Source of the DNA: a virus
Taxonomy: Duplodnaviria; Caudoviricetes
Length of the DNA stretch: 64,000 nt
Virus record (IMG/VR): IMGVR_UViG_3300002900_000020
Location: 750-64,749 of that record
Reading direction: 5' to 3' (one strand)
Shown here: one piece after another, positions 44,615 to 54,407 of the stretch
Layout of the letters: each line of letters starts with the position of its first letter
How positions within the stretch are numbered: the first letter of the stretch is position 1
The notes under the pieces: model-generated
Databases searched by the model: none
What the model was told of the DNA's origin: nothing
The model's input: the letters and a program-made list of their open reading frames with translations, nothing else
Made by a program: the position numbers and the translations under genes

Positions 44615-47545
44615 CTAATTTTCCAGTACACCACTTTCACCAACCGTCAAAGCCAACTCCCGTATGGTTTCCGTGGCATTTTCGATGTCCACCATTAAGA
44701 CCCTCCTGGGGCCTCCGCCCATCCTCTTAAGTTCACGACCAAGATAGTACTTTTCATCTTCCAAGTATTTTTGGATTGACTGTTTATCGAAGGGCTCCCG
44801 CCCGGTTTTTTTGCGGAAATGGATGCACCAGGAATCATAGCACCCATTGAACCAGACGTAGAGGACATCCCCTTCAACCCTAAAGTGCTGACTGTTAAGT
44901 TCTCGCCTGGAGTATAAGTAATTGAGGTCTTCCCAAAACTGGTTGAGCATATGCTCTTCTTCCCCGGTCCGCTTGATTTCCTGACAGGCTTTCTCTACCC
45001 AGGCAATAAAGCCATCATCTTCGAACACCGTAGCTTCAAAAGCACCGGCGCAGATAGCCCAGTTCTCGGCCGTTCTGTCGGAGACATCCAACTGCACCAG
45101 CGCATCTTTAAGCGCTGCGATATTCTCAAGGATCTTGTCCCGGTACCGGTCGTAATTAAGCAGCAAATGGTAAGTGAATCCAGAGAACTTAGAGGTCAAC
45201 CTGTTCACCGTCTCATATACCGTCCGGTCCCGCCGGTTGGATGATATCTGCAGCGGAATACACCGGGTAAACAAACCGTTATCCCTTGGCAGTTCCTCAC
45301 CGCTGATCACGAGAGTAGCATTAACCACAAACCCCTTAGCTTGGAAAGCCGTGGCCGTACCCTTTCCGGACAGCTGCCGGTTATAAGCACTTCGGAAGAA
45401 TCCATCTCTGTTGGTCACCTCGGCCTCATTTCGGTACTCATCAAACCATACCCCAAGACTGCTCCGATAACTTAGTATCCGGGCGATAAAGTTCTGAGTA
45501 GTGGTCTTATTAAGTCCTATCCCCTCGGTCTCAACACCGAAGAAGTTCATCAGCCATCTGGCAAATGTACTCTTTCCAGATTCACGCTTACCATGGGGCC
45601 ATAGAATGGGCAGACACTTATATTTAGCGAAGATGTCCTCACTAAAGATGGTCGCCACTACCCAGCCGATACCCATATAGGCAGTATAGCCACCTACAGA
45701 TTGGAATAAGGTTCGGGCTATCAGGTCAATATCAACATCCTTGTCATATAGACCGGGAATGGCATCCTCCATGGCTTCGCCCCTAGGCCCAATCTGCAAG
45801 CTCTGGGGCTTGTACCCCTTGCCGTCAATCCAAACTATCCCGTCGTTGTCGGGTCGATAAACAGTCCCATCCTTAATAGCCAAGTTGCCGAACAGCCAAA
45901 GTCCTTTCTCTACCTTGCCGATACGGTCCGGCATGTAAATCAACTCGCCACTATCCCTGGAGAATTCAAGCTTCCAGATATGGAGCAAATCCTTGGTGTC
46001 TCCTTCAAAGACATAGTTTCCTTTGGAAAAGCAGAACTTCTTGAACTCATTAAGTCCAGCCATCTCTCCCGGATCAAGCGGAAACGTTCCAGATTTTTCC
46101 CCGTGCTCGTTAACAAACTCAACATTCCGGACAACACCTTCGGGTGTGAAGAAGCTGGATTTAATGTCAATTACAAAATTAGATATAGTCTCGTCCCAAG
46201 TCTCGCCACCAGTCTTGGTCCGCTTGATTACATACTTGTTAAATTCCCGACTAACCGGACTCTTAAAGAAATGCTTATTAACGTTCCGACGGACTATTTT
46301 CTTAGCTTCTTCCGCCAAAGAATCCAAATACTCTTTAGGAAGCAGTGCCCTGCGGATAACTATTTCAATTTCCTTCTTCGACCTACCCTGAGCAAGAGCC
46401 ATATCGAAATCGACTTTACCCTGCTCTCTCCATTCATCCGGCAGATTTCCGATATTTGTTTCAATACCGTTTTGATTGAGTTTATACGCAAGGATATAGG
46501 CCCTGGATTGAGTATCGTAACGTTTCTCAATGCGCTCCTTAAAGTTGGGGAAAGAGGGATTATCCTTTATTTCATTGTCAAAGATCACTGTGACTCTTTT
46601 AACCCCAAACCGGGTTAGTAGGGTCACAAGCCGTTCAAAATTCTTACCGATGAAATTTGCCGTACCCGGCACGGCCACCGCCGGTATCCCCCATTGGTAG
46701 AGGGCGGCTGCCTTAAATTCCCCTTCGGTAATGACGATGTGCTGCGGTCTTAATTTAAGCAAATAACTGCAATAAACTTGTGAATCTAGTCCCTTAAATC
46801 CCAACTTATGCGGTTTTAAATGGTACGGGTTCCCGTCCGGGTCAATATAAGGAATTATCACCCGGTCCTCCAGCAGTTGCTGGTTGATAACCAGGTTATT
46901 ATTCACCCGTACAAAGATTCCGCTGGCCACCAGGTCCTCTTCCGAAAATTCAGTCCGTAGTACTTCTAAACTATGTTTGCAATCTGGCCCTGCTGATACG
47001 AATCGTAGCTCATCTATAATGCTGTCAGTGAAGCCGCGCTTCTTCTTAAGCTCGGCTCGGTGTTCATCTCGCAGACTGACTAACTGCAGAAATCGCTGGT
47101 AGATGAAATGGGTTACTGGCTGGCTGATAGCCGGCTGGCTATTATTTGGGGGATTAGGCGACTGGTCAGGTTCCTTAGTCCGTTTCGTAGTTGAATCCGT
47201 AGTCTTTTCCGTAGTTTTTTTAGGGGATTTGGCCTTTTTACTGGCCGCTGGTGGGTCATCTTCAATTCCGGCAAACTTCTTTATAGCTGCCACGGCCACT
47301 CCATTAGTGCAGCCGTGTATTTTTGCATAGAGAGTGATGATATTTCCTGTCTCCTTGCAACCGTTGCAGATCCAGGCGCCGCCTTTGGCAAGGTTAATAG
47401 CGAACCGTTTCTTATCACCGCATAAAGGGCAAGTGCAGTTCCACTTATCACCCTTTTTCTTGTTCACCTGGAGGCCCTGGGCAAGGAGGAAATCTTCCAT
47501 GTTCAAGCGTTTTAATATGTCGTCAAGGTCAAGGTTTTTGCCCAA
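44615..47545 (-). CDS. Primase-helicase (CHC2 zinc finger, TOPRIM, P-loop domain)
   Basis: CPLCGD...WICNGC; IVITEGEFKA, VIFDNE; GKRESGKST Walker A, VWFDEY Walker B. Confidence 0.9.
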   Translation of the reverse strand: MGKNLDLDDILKRLNMEDFLLAQGLQVNKKKGDKWNCTCPLCGDKKRFAINLAKGGAWICNGCKETGNIITLYAKIHGCTNGVAVAAIKKFAGIEDDPPAASKKAKSPKKTTEKTTDSTTKRTKEPDQSPNPPNNSQPAISQPVTHFIYQRFLQLVSLRDEHRAELKKKRGFTDSIIDELRFVSAGPDCKHSLEVLRTEFSEEDLVASGIFVRVNNNLVINQQLLEDRVIIPYIDPDGNPYHLKPHKLGFKGLDSQVYCSYLLKLRPQHIVITEGEFKAAALYQWGIPAVAVPGTANFIGKNFERLVTLLTRFGVKRVTVIFDNEIKDNPSFPNFKERIEKRYDTQSRAYILAYKLNQNGIETNIGNLPDEWREQGKVDFDMALAQGRSKKEIEIVIRRALLPKEYLDSLAEEAKKIVRRNVNKHFFKSPVSREFNKYVIKRTKTGGETWDETISNFVIDIKSSFFTPEGVVRNVEFVNEHGEKSGTFPLDPGEMAGLNEFKKFCFSKGNYVFEGDTKDLLHIWKLEFSRDSGELIYMPDRIGKVEKGLWLFGNLAIKDGTVYRPDNDGIVWIDGKGYKPQSLQIGPRGEAMEDAIPGLYDKDVDIDLIARTLFQSVGGYTAYMGIGWVVATIFSEDIFAKYKCLPILWPHGKRESGKSTFARWLMNFFGVETEGIGLNKTTTQNFIARILSYRSSLGVWFDEYRNEAEVTNRDGFFRSAYNRQLSGKGTATAFQAKGFVVNATLVISGEELPRDNGLFTRCIPLQISSNRRDRTVYETVNRLTSKFSGFTYHLLLNYDRYRDKILENIAALKDALVQLDVSDRTAENWAICAGAFEATVFEDDGFIAWVEKACQEIKRTGEEEHMLNQFWEDLNYLYSRRELNSQHFRVEGDVLYVWFNGCYDSWCIHFRKKTGREPFDKQSIQKYLEDEKYYLGRELKRMGGGPRRVLMVDIENATETIRELALTVGESGVLEN

Positions 47546-47609
47546 GCTCTCACCACCCTGTTGAAAGAGCGGAGGTATCGGCTGACACCCCCGCCAAGAA
47601 TCTCATTAC

Positions 47610-48332
47610 TTAACTGGGTGAACCGTTTAAGATAAGATAACCGGGAAGCTTTTCCTTGAGCTTGGCAACTTCGTAGGCAGTAGCTTCTCTGAGGAATTGC
47701 TTGATCTTGCTGCATTCCAGGGTGAAAGTAGGTTTCTGATCTTCGCTTTTTGGTTTGTTTAGTTCAAGCTCGATAGGGATGTTGAAAGTTTTATCGCTTT
47801 CATTCAGGAGGGGGAGAGTAACCTCGATAATAGACGGCAGCTTGGCCGAATCCTCACCATCAGAAGTCTTAAACATGACAGTATAGTTGTTATTATCGTC
47901 ATATTGGTAGTCTCCGACGATGGAAGTAACCAGCTTCAACTTTTGGACTGCTGCCAGGAGCCGTTCAACATCGGCAACTTCCCCATGGGGCCGCCTTTTT
48001 AAGAAATCAGTAAATTCTTTTTGGCTTAATGGATGGCCTATAAAACTTTCCCACTCATCAAACTGGTCAGAACTAGTGAATGGGTATTTACCGGTATCCT
48101 TGGGCCTGTCAATGACAGAATCGTCAATTATTATCCGGATGGCGTGATCATCATAGAAGATTACAGTATTATTCACAGACCCCTTGGTCTTAACTAAATT
48201 AACGACACTCTCCACAGAATCTAACTTGTAATTGAATCCCTGGGGGTGGAACGGGGTGAAGTTCCCCTTAAGGATGGTCAACTTCTTGTCCTGCGTGCAA
48301 GCGGCACAAATCTGGCAATCTTGGTTAGCCAT
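47610..48332 (-). CDS. DUF2303 (YfdQ-like) protein
   Basis: LSQKEFTDFL, LPSIIEVTLPL motifs; paired with a YfdP-like gene. Confidence 0.7.
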   Translation of the reverse strand: MANQDCQICAACTQDKKLTILKGNFTPFHPQGFNYKLDSVESVVNLVKTKGSVNNTVIFYDDHAIRIIIDDSVIDRPKDTGKYPFTSSDQFDEWESFIGHPLSQKEFTDFLKRRPHGEVADVERLLAAVQKLKLVTSIVGDYQYDDNNNYTVMFKTSDGEDSAKLPSIIEVTLPLLNESDKTFNIPIELELNKPKSEDQKPTFTLECSKIKQFLREATAYEVAKLKEKLPGYLILNGSPS

Positions 48333-48645
48333 TAATAGTACCTCCTTGGGCAATTGATAACTGTTTTACTTTCTCCGGCACCTTCTCGGTCTTAACCTTG
48401 AAATCATCGGTAATCTGGCCGATAGAAGACTTCTTCCTGGCCGGGAAGGTAGGTTTGACCGAGTATTCCATCTTAATCATGGTTTCGGTATCAGCTACCC
48501 GGCTGAAATCAAGCTTAATTGCTAACGATGCCTTATCCCCGTGTTTCAACTGAGATAACAGTGCCGGATAAACTTTCTGGAACTCTTCCTCCAACTTGCC
48601 TTCACAAATATTGGTTAGGCTTAACGGTTCATTCATATCGTTCAT
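48325..48645 (-). CDS. YfdP-like small protein
   Basis: LSLTNICEGKLEEEF...LAIKLDF...VKPTFP; adjacent to DUF2303. Confidence 0.6.
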   Translation of the reverse strand: MNDMNEPLSLTNICEGKLEEEFQKVYPALLSQLKHGDKASLAIKLDFSRVADTETMIKMEYSVKPTFPARKKSSIGQITDDFKVKTEKVPEKVKQLSIAQGGTING

Positions 48646-48685
48646 TTTGGTAGCTCCTTTCGCTTATACGTTAGGGGGGTAGTAT

Positions 48686-48709
48686 CTAAGGTGGAGGTCT
48701 TGGTGGCAT
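48686..48709 (-). other. Proline-rich minigene MPPRPPP
   Basis: AAGGAGG 9 nt upstream of ATG CCA CCA AGA CCT CCA CCT TAG. Confidence 0.35.
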
Positions 48710-48823
48710 AATTCTGAACCTCCTTGCATAGGAATAAGATGGGGAAGTTTATTTCCCCAAGGAAAAAGGTTTTTTTAAAAAGAGCTAAACCCTCATCTCA
48801 TGACTTCCTCAGGCTGACCTCCC

Positions 48824-48997
48824 TTACTCGCTGTTCTCTTCTTCCAACTTTCTTTTACAACTTGAACAAATCCATTTCTTGCATTTTGTAACAGCAGCCG
48901 ACCTAACTCTATTGTTGCACTCATAGCATATAGGTCATTTGTTTGGATCATTTGATGTAGCTACGTCCCTGCCTGGAATAAAATCATATTTAGCCAC
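48824..48997 (-). pseudogene. 57-codon zinc-finger ORF with in-frame TGA at codon 21
   Basis: MAKYDFIPGRDVATSNDPNK*PICYECNN...WICSSCKRKLEEENSE*; AGGTG RBS. Confidence 0.55.
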
Positions 48998-49045
48998 CTT
49001 ATCACCTACTTTTACTTAATCATTTCTTCTGCTAAAATCTTAGCC

Positions 49046-49468
49046 TCAACGCCGCCTCCCCCACTCCCAGGCCTTATCCCCCGGCAGCCAAACATCCAAT
49101 TTGCGCCCCTTAATTACTCTCCCGGTGTCCTCTGCCACCGCCGGGCCGTAGCCTTCGACATACACCCTGGTTCCCAAGGGTATTACCTCCGGATCCACGG
49201 CCACGACACCCACTCGGGGCCTTTTGCCGGTGGCCGTTCGGTTCGTAGTTAGGTTGTAGGCCGTAGCTTCAAAGGTTCCTATGTACCGGCCTGGGGATTG
49301 GTCAGGCAACTGTCCACCCCGGGAGACGGGTTTTGCTGCCGACTTCACCGGGGACTCGTCTGCCTGCTTGAGTTTGAATTGGTAACCAGGGGTTTCGGCT
49401 ATATTAGGGGAGAAAACGAGAAGGACTAGGGTTAAGGTAATTATGAGGGTTCGCATCTTTTGTTCCAT
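49046..49468 (-). CDS. 3D-domain protein with signal peptide; last strand probably frameshifted
   Basis: FEATAY...VAVDPEVIPLGT...AEDTG...KLDVW; VEAKIL continues in another frame after GRRR*. Confidence 0.85.
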   Translation of the reverse strand: MEQKMRTLIITLTLVLLVFSPNIAETPGYQFKLKQADESPVKSAAKPVSRGGQLPDQSPGRYIGTFEATAYNLTTNRTATGKRPRVGVVAVDPEVIPLGTRVYVEGYGPAVAEDTGRVIKGRKLDVWLPGDKAWEWGRRR

Positions 49469-49611
49469 GCTTCTATTGCCTCTTGTTTTAATTCAAAAAA
49501 ACCACTTCTGCCATAACAGTTAATACAGCGAACACATACATATAAAAATGCAGTTGGGGAAAGTATCTCCATATCATTTCCCCCGCAAAACGGACAAGGT
49601 TTCAGTTCCAT
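49441..49611 (-). CDS. Lar-family restriction-alleviation protein (not in the ORF track)
   Basis: MELKPCPFCGG...VRCINC...EAIEAWNKR. Confidence 0.85.
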   Translation of the reverse strand: MELKPCPFCGGNDMEILSPTAFLYVCVRCINCYGRSGFFELKQEAIEAWNKRCEPS

Positions 49612-49637
49612 CTCTCATATCATCCTTTCATCTAGGG

Positions 49638-49829
49638 TTAACTATATCCGCAACAGAAACACTTCCGACTATCCTCATTCACCCGGCCATCCTTCCTCCC
49701 AGGGCAGATATCGAAGGCTTTACACTCCCCGCACCGGACGCAGTAACCGAAGACCTTGAGGTTCCTTTCTTCTCTACCGCAATCATGCAGTTGGTTACAG
49801 CCGTTTGGCTTTTGGGTGTCCAAACTCAT
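49638..49829 (-). CDS. Cys-rich hypothetical protein
   Basis: 63 aa with multiple Cys; RBS present. Confidence 0.55.
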   Translation of the reverse strand: MSLDTQKPNGCNQLHDCGREERNLKVFGYCVRCGECKAFDICPGRKDGRVNEDSRKCFCCGYS

Positions 49830-49840
49830 ATCGTTACCCC

Positions 49841-50350
49841 CTATCCAGCCTTCTGCATGACCAATTTCTCTACCAACGTAGCCAGAAACTCGCTATTGGT
49901 CGGACACTTCTGGTGCCAGGGATAAATCTTTCCCAGCTTCCCGGTTTCCCAGGCGGTTTTTATCGCATTGCGGATGGCTCGTTCTACCCTGCTTGCGGTA
50001 GTTTTATGAATTTCAGGTACAGCAGGGTATAATTTTGCAGTTATTGAGTACACCATGGAGATATCTTTTTGAATCAACTCAACTGCTGTTTTGGTATGAT
50101 TAAAACCTAAAAATTTAGGAGTGAAGCCTATACTCATAAGCACTTGTGATAAGTTATCACCGGTAACCGTTTTAACAGGCTCAACAGTCTCAAAAATTAC
50201 GCCAAGAGCAATCCTTTCACCAACAACAAGTTTGAGATTTTTAGGTCTCAGACTAGGATTATTGCTCTGCCAAAGTTCAAGTTGATTGTTCACTTCTTCA
50301 GCGGTAGCACCTTCAAAAATATGTACTGGGGACATATTAGTCACCTCCAA
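49841..50350 (-). CDS. Spo0A C-terminal DNA-binding domain protein lacking a receiver domain
   Basis: SITAKLYPAV...TTASRVERAIRNAI...PTNSEFLA matches the Spo0A_C signature. Confidence 0.92.
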   Translation of the reverse strand: MEVTNMSPVHIFEGATAEEVNNQLELWQSNNPSLRPKNLKLVVGERIALGVIFETVEPVKTVTGDNLSQVLMSIGFTPKFLGFNHTKTAVELIQKDISMVYSITAKLYPAVPEIHKTTASRVERAIRNAIKTAWETGKLGKIYPWHQKCPTNSEFLATLVEKLVMQKAG

Positions 50351-50354
50351 TAAA

Positions 50355-51143
50355 TTAAAGATTTAAGGCTATGATAAGCCGCATTTTACAGATGGCCTCC
50401 GGGGCCGTGTCACAGATAACCACCTTGGGATCCTTGTAGTGATCGTCGCGAATAGAGATGTTATAAATATAGCTTGCCGGGCCGCACATCCACTGGCCAT
50501 TGCCTAATGGGGCCAAGAAGAGGCCTATATCGAAATTGTTATGGTTACCTTTCTCAACCATCAGGGGGAAGGCTTTTGTTATATCGGTTGAGTAGTTATC
50601 TATAAAAAAGGTTAAGGAAATTCTTCCTTTAGGTGGATAGTTGAAAGTTTCATCAATATAAGGCGGGAGTAAAATATCTTCTCCACCATATTTCCCATCA
50701 CAATCAGGAGGTGTTTTACCTCGCCGAAAACCTTTAACATATTCGGCCACCAGGGCGTCCATTTCGCGCCCTGGCTTCATGTCCATAATCTTTTCCCTGG
50801 TCAGTTCTTCCCTGGTTAATTTAGAATCACCCTGCTTGCTCAACTGTTCACTCATGGTGGACACCACTTCTTCCCATTCGAATTCCTGCCCGCAAAATGC
50901 ACAAGCCGCCAAGCTGTAAGTTGGTTCGGAACACCTTGGGCACATTGGCATTTTATACACATTATCAACAGAATTGTAAAAAGTTTCCATGACGGGTTTT
51001 GCCTTTGTCCTCACTTCAATATAGCCTTGCTCCTTGCAAGCGTTAGCATATTTATCCATATCATCAATATCACTACACTCAATGGATATGTTGTTGGACG
51101 AATCCTCATCTATCGCATAAACCATAAACCTCTTATCACTCAC
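50355..51143 (-). CDS. Zinc ribbon plus ABA-sandwich-like phage protein
   Basis: CPRC...CAFCGQ; PGREMDALVAE...YSTDI...TAPEAIC. Confidence 0.65.
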   Translation of the reverse strand: MSDKRFMVYAIDEDSSNNISIECSDIDDMDKYANACKEQGYIEVRTKAKPVMETFYNSVDNVYKMPMCPRCSEPTYSLAACAFCGQEFEWEEVVSTMSEQLSKQGDSKLTREELTREKIMDMKPGREMDALVAEYVKGFRRGKTPPDCDGKYGGEDILLPPYIDETFNYPPKGRISLTFFIDNYSTDITKAFPLMVEKGNHNNFDIGLFLAPLGNGQWMCGPASYIYNISIRDDHYKDPKVVICDTAPEAICKMRLIIALNL

Positions 51144-53382
51144 CGGCCTCCACCCCTTCCCTCAGTCTTTCCTTCAACAAACTGAACCGGTCGGCAATCT
51201 TATCATTCTTTACTGCAATCTCCACGGCATCGGGCTGGCAAACCAGGATCAGCTTCTTCTTGGCCCGGGTAATGGCTGTATAAAGCAAGTTTCTCTGCAA
51301 CATGATGTAATGAGACTTAACACAGGGAACAATCGCAATCGGGAACTCACTCCCCTGAGCCTTATGAACCGTACTCGCATAAGCCAGGGTGATTATCCCT
51401 ATATCCTCGTATCCGAAGAATACCGGCTCCCCGCCCTCAATGCTCACATACAACCCGGCCCCTTTGCCTCCACCGGAACTAATTTCCACCACCTGGCCAA
51501 TGTCCCCATTGAAGACCATCAACTTATAATTATTCTTGGTCACCATCACCTTATCGCCGACACGGAATACCTGGTTACCGTATTTCAACTCCGGCTTACC
51601 TGGTGCCGATGGATTAACAACCTCCCTGACGATATCATTCAGATTATTCACTCCCGTAGCACCCTTACGCATGGGAGGCAGAATCTGAAAATCCATGATG
51701 CCGTAACCTTCGTCAACGATATTCCGTACCAGGTTCTTAATCAGGCCGGCAGCCTGATCAGCATCATCTACATAGTAAGTAATGAAGTCTGGATGTTGGG
51801 CGTGAAGGTCTGGAACAATGCCCTTGCAGATTTGGTTAGCGTAGTGAGCTATCATGGATCCCGAAGCTTGCCGATAATTGTATTCCAGTCTCACTGTTGG
51901 GATTACCCCGGATTCTATGGCATCCCTCAGCACGCTTCCCGGTCCAACGGATGGTAGCTGGTCTACGTCACCGACAATTACAACGGTCATTTCATTGGGG
52001 ATAGCATCAAACAAATCTGCTCCTAACAGAGTATCCGTCATGGAGAATTCATCTACAATCAATAACCCTGGTTCCAATTCATTACCTTCGTGATATTCAA
52101 AACCACCAAGCATGGGGTTATATCTTAGTAACCGATGAATTGTAAGGCCTTCCTTACCAGTGGTTTCGGTAATCCTTTTAGCCGCCCGGCCGGTAGGAGC
52201 TGCCAGATAAATCTTGGGCTCCGGGTCATCACAAATAAACTCATAAGCAGCCACAATCCCGTTAATAACCGTACTCTTCCCTGTCCCTGGGCCGCCTGTC
52301 ACAATGCTCAACCGGTTAGTCAGCGCCGTCCTTACCGCATCCCTCTGTTGTGCCGCATAGATGATACCGTTATCTTCCTCAATTCGGTCAATCAACTGCT
52401 CTAAACTGGGAAGATCCTGCTTAGGCTGGCTGGCCAGAACCCTCATCCTGGTGGCCAGTCTTTTCTCCGCCTCGTACAACCCGACATGATAAACCGCATT
52501 ACCCTCCCGGATGCACTTACCTTCTTTTATCAAAGTCTCATTGGCCCTTGCCACATCATCCTTCACAACCCCGCTGCCCTTACCCAGCAGCTTATTAATC
52601 TTGGCTATTATATCCCTAGGCCGAAGGTAGCAGTGCCCCTCACTGCCAGCCTCCTTCAATATGTAGTCAATAGCGGCCTTCACCCTAAACTGAGAGTCAG
52701 AAGCTATTCCTACTGCCTGAGCCACTGCATCAGCCTTCTTAAACCCGACACCCCACAAGTCATCCGCTAGGACATAGGGATTCTCCTTAACCGTCTTTAC
52801 TGCATCCTGGCCATATTGGTTATATATCCTGGTGGCTAAACTCGTGGTAATACCCTCCCGGCAAATCAACGCCGTCAACTCGGCCAGAACCTGATTAGAA
52901 GTAAGGTTAGAATATATCTCCTGGGCCTGCTCTGAAGTAATGCCATCAATTCCGGCCAGGGCCGCTGGCCCCTTCTCCGGGATAATCTCCAGGCAGTTAC
53001 TCCCCAGGGCTTCGTAGATCTTCTTAGCCCTCACTCGGCCAATCCCAAAGGCGGCAGTAGTTAGATAGGAGATAATGCCCTTTTCAGTGGTGGGTAGAAG
53101 TAGCTCGTGGTCGGTGAATGCAAACTGCTGGCCGAACTTAGGATGACTCTTCCAGATACCGGTGATGGTGTATTCGTCACCCTCCCGAATCTTGGGCATA
53201 TAGCCTACCGCTACAAAAGCATCATCTATTAGATCTCCGGGGTCAAATAAATCCCCGTTAGGGTCAGAGGCTTTGGCGGGGGCTACCCGGATAACCGAAT
53301 AGCCGTCCTCCGCCTTATGCCAGATTACACGCTCGATAATCACTCTTAAGGTTTCCATTTGTGGTTGGGCTAAGGCTATCAT
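51136..53382 (-). CDS. recD2: RecD2-family SF1B helicase
   Basis: TGGPGTGKS, IVDEFSM, VGDVDQLPSVGPG, LAYASTVHKAQGSE, LLYTAITRA. Confidence 0.95.
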   Translation of the reverse strand: MIALAQPQMETLRVIIERVIWHKAEDGYSVIRVAPAKASDPNGDLFDPGDLIDDAFVAVGYMPKIREGDEYTITGIWKSHPKFGQQFAFTDHELLLPTTEKGIISYLTTAAFGIGRVRAKKIYEALGSNCLEIIPEKGPAALAGIDGITSEQAQEIYSNLTSNQVLAELTALICREGITTSLATRIYNQYGQDAVKTVKENPYVLADDLWGVGFKKADAVAQAVGIASDSQFRVKAAIDYILKEAGSEGHCYLRPRDIIAKINKLLGKGSGVVKDDVARANETLIKEGKCIREGNAVYHVGLYEAEKRLATRMRVLASQPKQDLPSLEQLIDRIEEDNGIIYAAQQRDAVRTALTNRLSIVTGGPGTGKSTVINGIVAAYEFICDDPEPKIYLAAPTGRAAKRITETTGKEGLTIHRLLRYNPMLGGFEYHEGNELEPGLLIVDEFSMTDTLLGADLFDAIPNEMTVVIVGDVDQLPSVGPGSVLRDAIESGVIPTVRLEYNYRQASGSMIAHYANQICKGIVPDLHAQHPDFITYYVDDADQAAGLIKNLVRNIVDEGYGIMDFQILPPMRKGATGVNNLNDIVREVVNPSAPGKPELKYGNQVFRVGDKVMVTKNNYKLMVFNGDIGQVVEISSGGGKGAGLYVSIEGGEPVFFGYEDIGIITLAYASTVHKAQGSEFPIAIVPCVKSHYIMLQRNLLYTAITRAKKKLILVCQPDAVEIAVKNDKIADRFSLLKERLREGVEAGE

Positions 53383-54407
53383 GCACTTCTCACCCCCAGT
53401 GCCTCCCTGGCCTTCGCAATCCTATCCAGGGCTTCATTTACAACCGCCTTAGGCAGCTTCTCCTTCTTGGCGATACCGTCTACTATCTCCCGAACCTCCA
53501 GGAACTTAGATTCCCCTTCCTGGGCCAACAGGTTTAAGAACCGGTTCATCCTCTCTTCACTCTCAGCCGCCTCAACCAGGTGATCCCTTGAGAGGACCTC
53601 AGCACCTGGGGCAGCGCACATCAGCGGCACCAACTCAGCCCCAATGCCATCCCCGGAGAAAGTGAACACTGCCACCTGCACTGTCCGGTGCATTTCTTCC
53701 ACCTTGGCTGACATCCTGGCCAGGGCGCCGGGATTGCAGAACCAGGTATCTCCCCGCTTCTTAAGGCCGTAACCAAGGTGTTCATGTCCGGAGAGAATAA
53801 CATCCGCCGTAGTCACCACATCATCCACCAAGGTATGGGCCACTTCATAAGGCAGTGGCTTATCAACCAGCATCCCATGGACCACGTGCACTTGGTAGGA
53901 CTCGGCATAGGTTCTTTCTGGAGGTTGGTAATCCAAAGGGTTTCGGTCGATATCGTTATAGAACCCTTGGCCGGTTAGTTCTACTGTCACTGAATGTACC
54001 CCATCCGACTGAACCCATTCTGCTTGGAGTATTTCAGGTTCCCGAGTTAAAATCTTAACCAAACCAATTTGACTCAAAACCCCCAATGCAGTACGAGGCA
54101 GTGTCTCTAAGTTGTAACCATATATCTCATGATTACCCGGTACGACATAGATGGGCACAGGACTTTCAGCCAGGACTGAAGCAAACTCTCCAAAGACTGC
54201 ATACATAGGATCCGGTCGGTCAAATAGGTCGCCGCCGCAGATAATTGCTACATCGTCGGCAGGATATTTTTCTCCAGCTAACGTAGTAGCCAGCTTAAAT
54301 ATCTCCCGAAATTTGGACTTTAGAGCATCCGGAAAATGGTCCGTTCTGGCCCTGGGATTATTCCCCCTGATATGAGCATCCGTAAAATAGATCAGTTTCA
54401 GTTTCAC
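53379..54407 (-). CDS. SbcD/Mre11-like metallophosphoesterase nuclease
   Basis: TDAH, GGDLFD, PGNHE, SGHEH motifs. Confidence 0.92.
   Translation of the reverse strand: MKLKLIYFTDAHIRGNNPRARTDHFPDALKSKFREIFKLATTLAGEKYPADDVAIICGGDLFDRPDPMYAVFGEFASVLAESPVPIYVVPGNHEIYGYNLETLPRTALGVLSQIGLVKILTREPEILQAEWVQSDGVHSVTVELTGQGFYNDIDRNPLDYQPPERTYAESYQVHVVHGMLVDKPLPYEVAHTLVDDVVTTADVILSGHEHLGYGLKKRGDTWFCNPGALARMSAKVEEMHRTVQVAVFTFSGDGIGAELVPLMCAAPGAEVLSRDHLVEAAESEERMNRFLNLLAQEGESKFLEVREIVDGIAKKEKLPKAVVNEALDRIAKAREALGVRSA

Noticed and set aside
45980-46618. 212-aa plus-strand ORF
   Set aside because: Antisense shadow of the primase-helicase.
51310-51957. 215-aa plus-strand ORF
   Set aside because: Antisense shadow of recD2.
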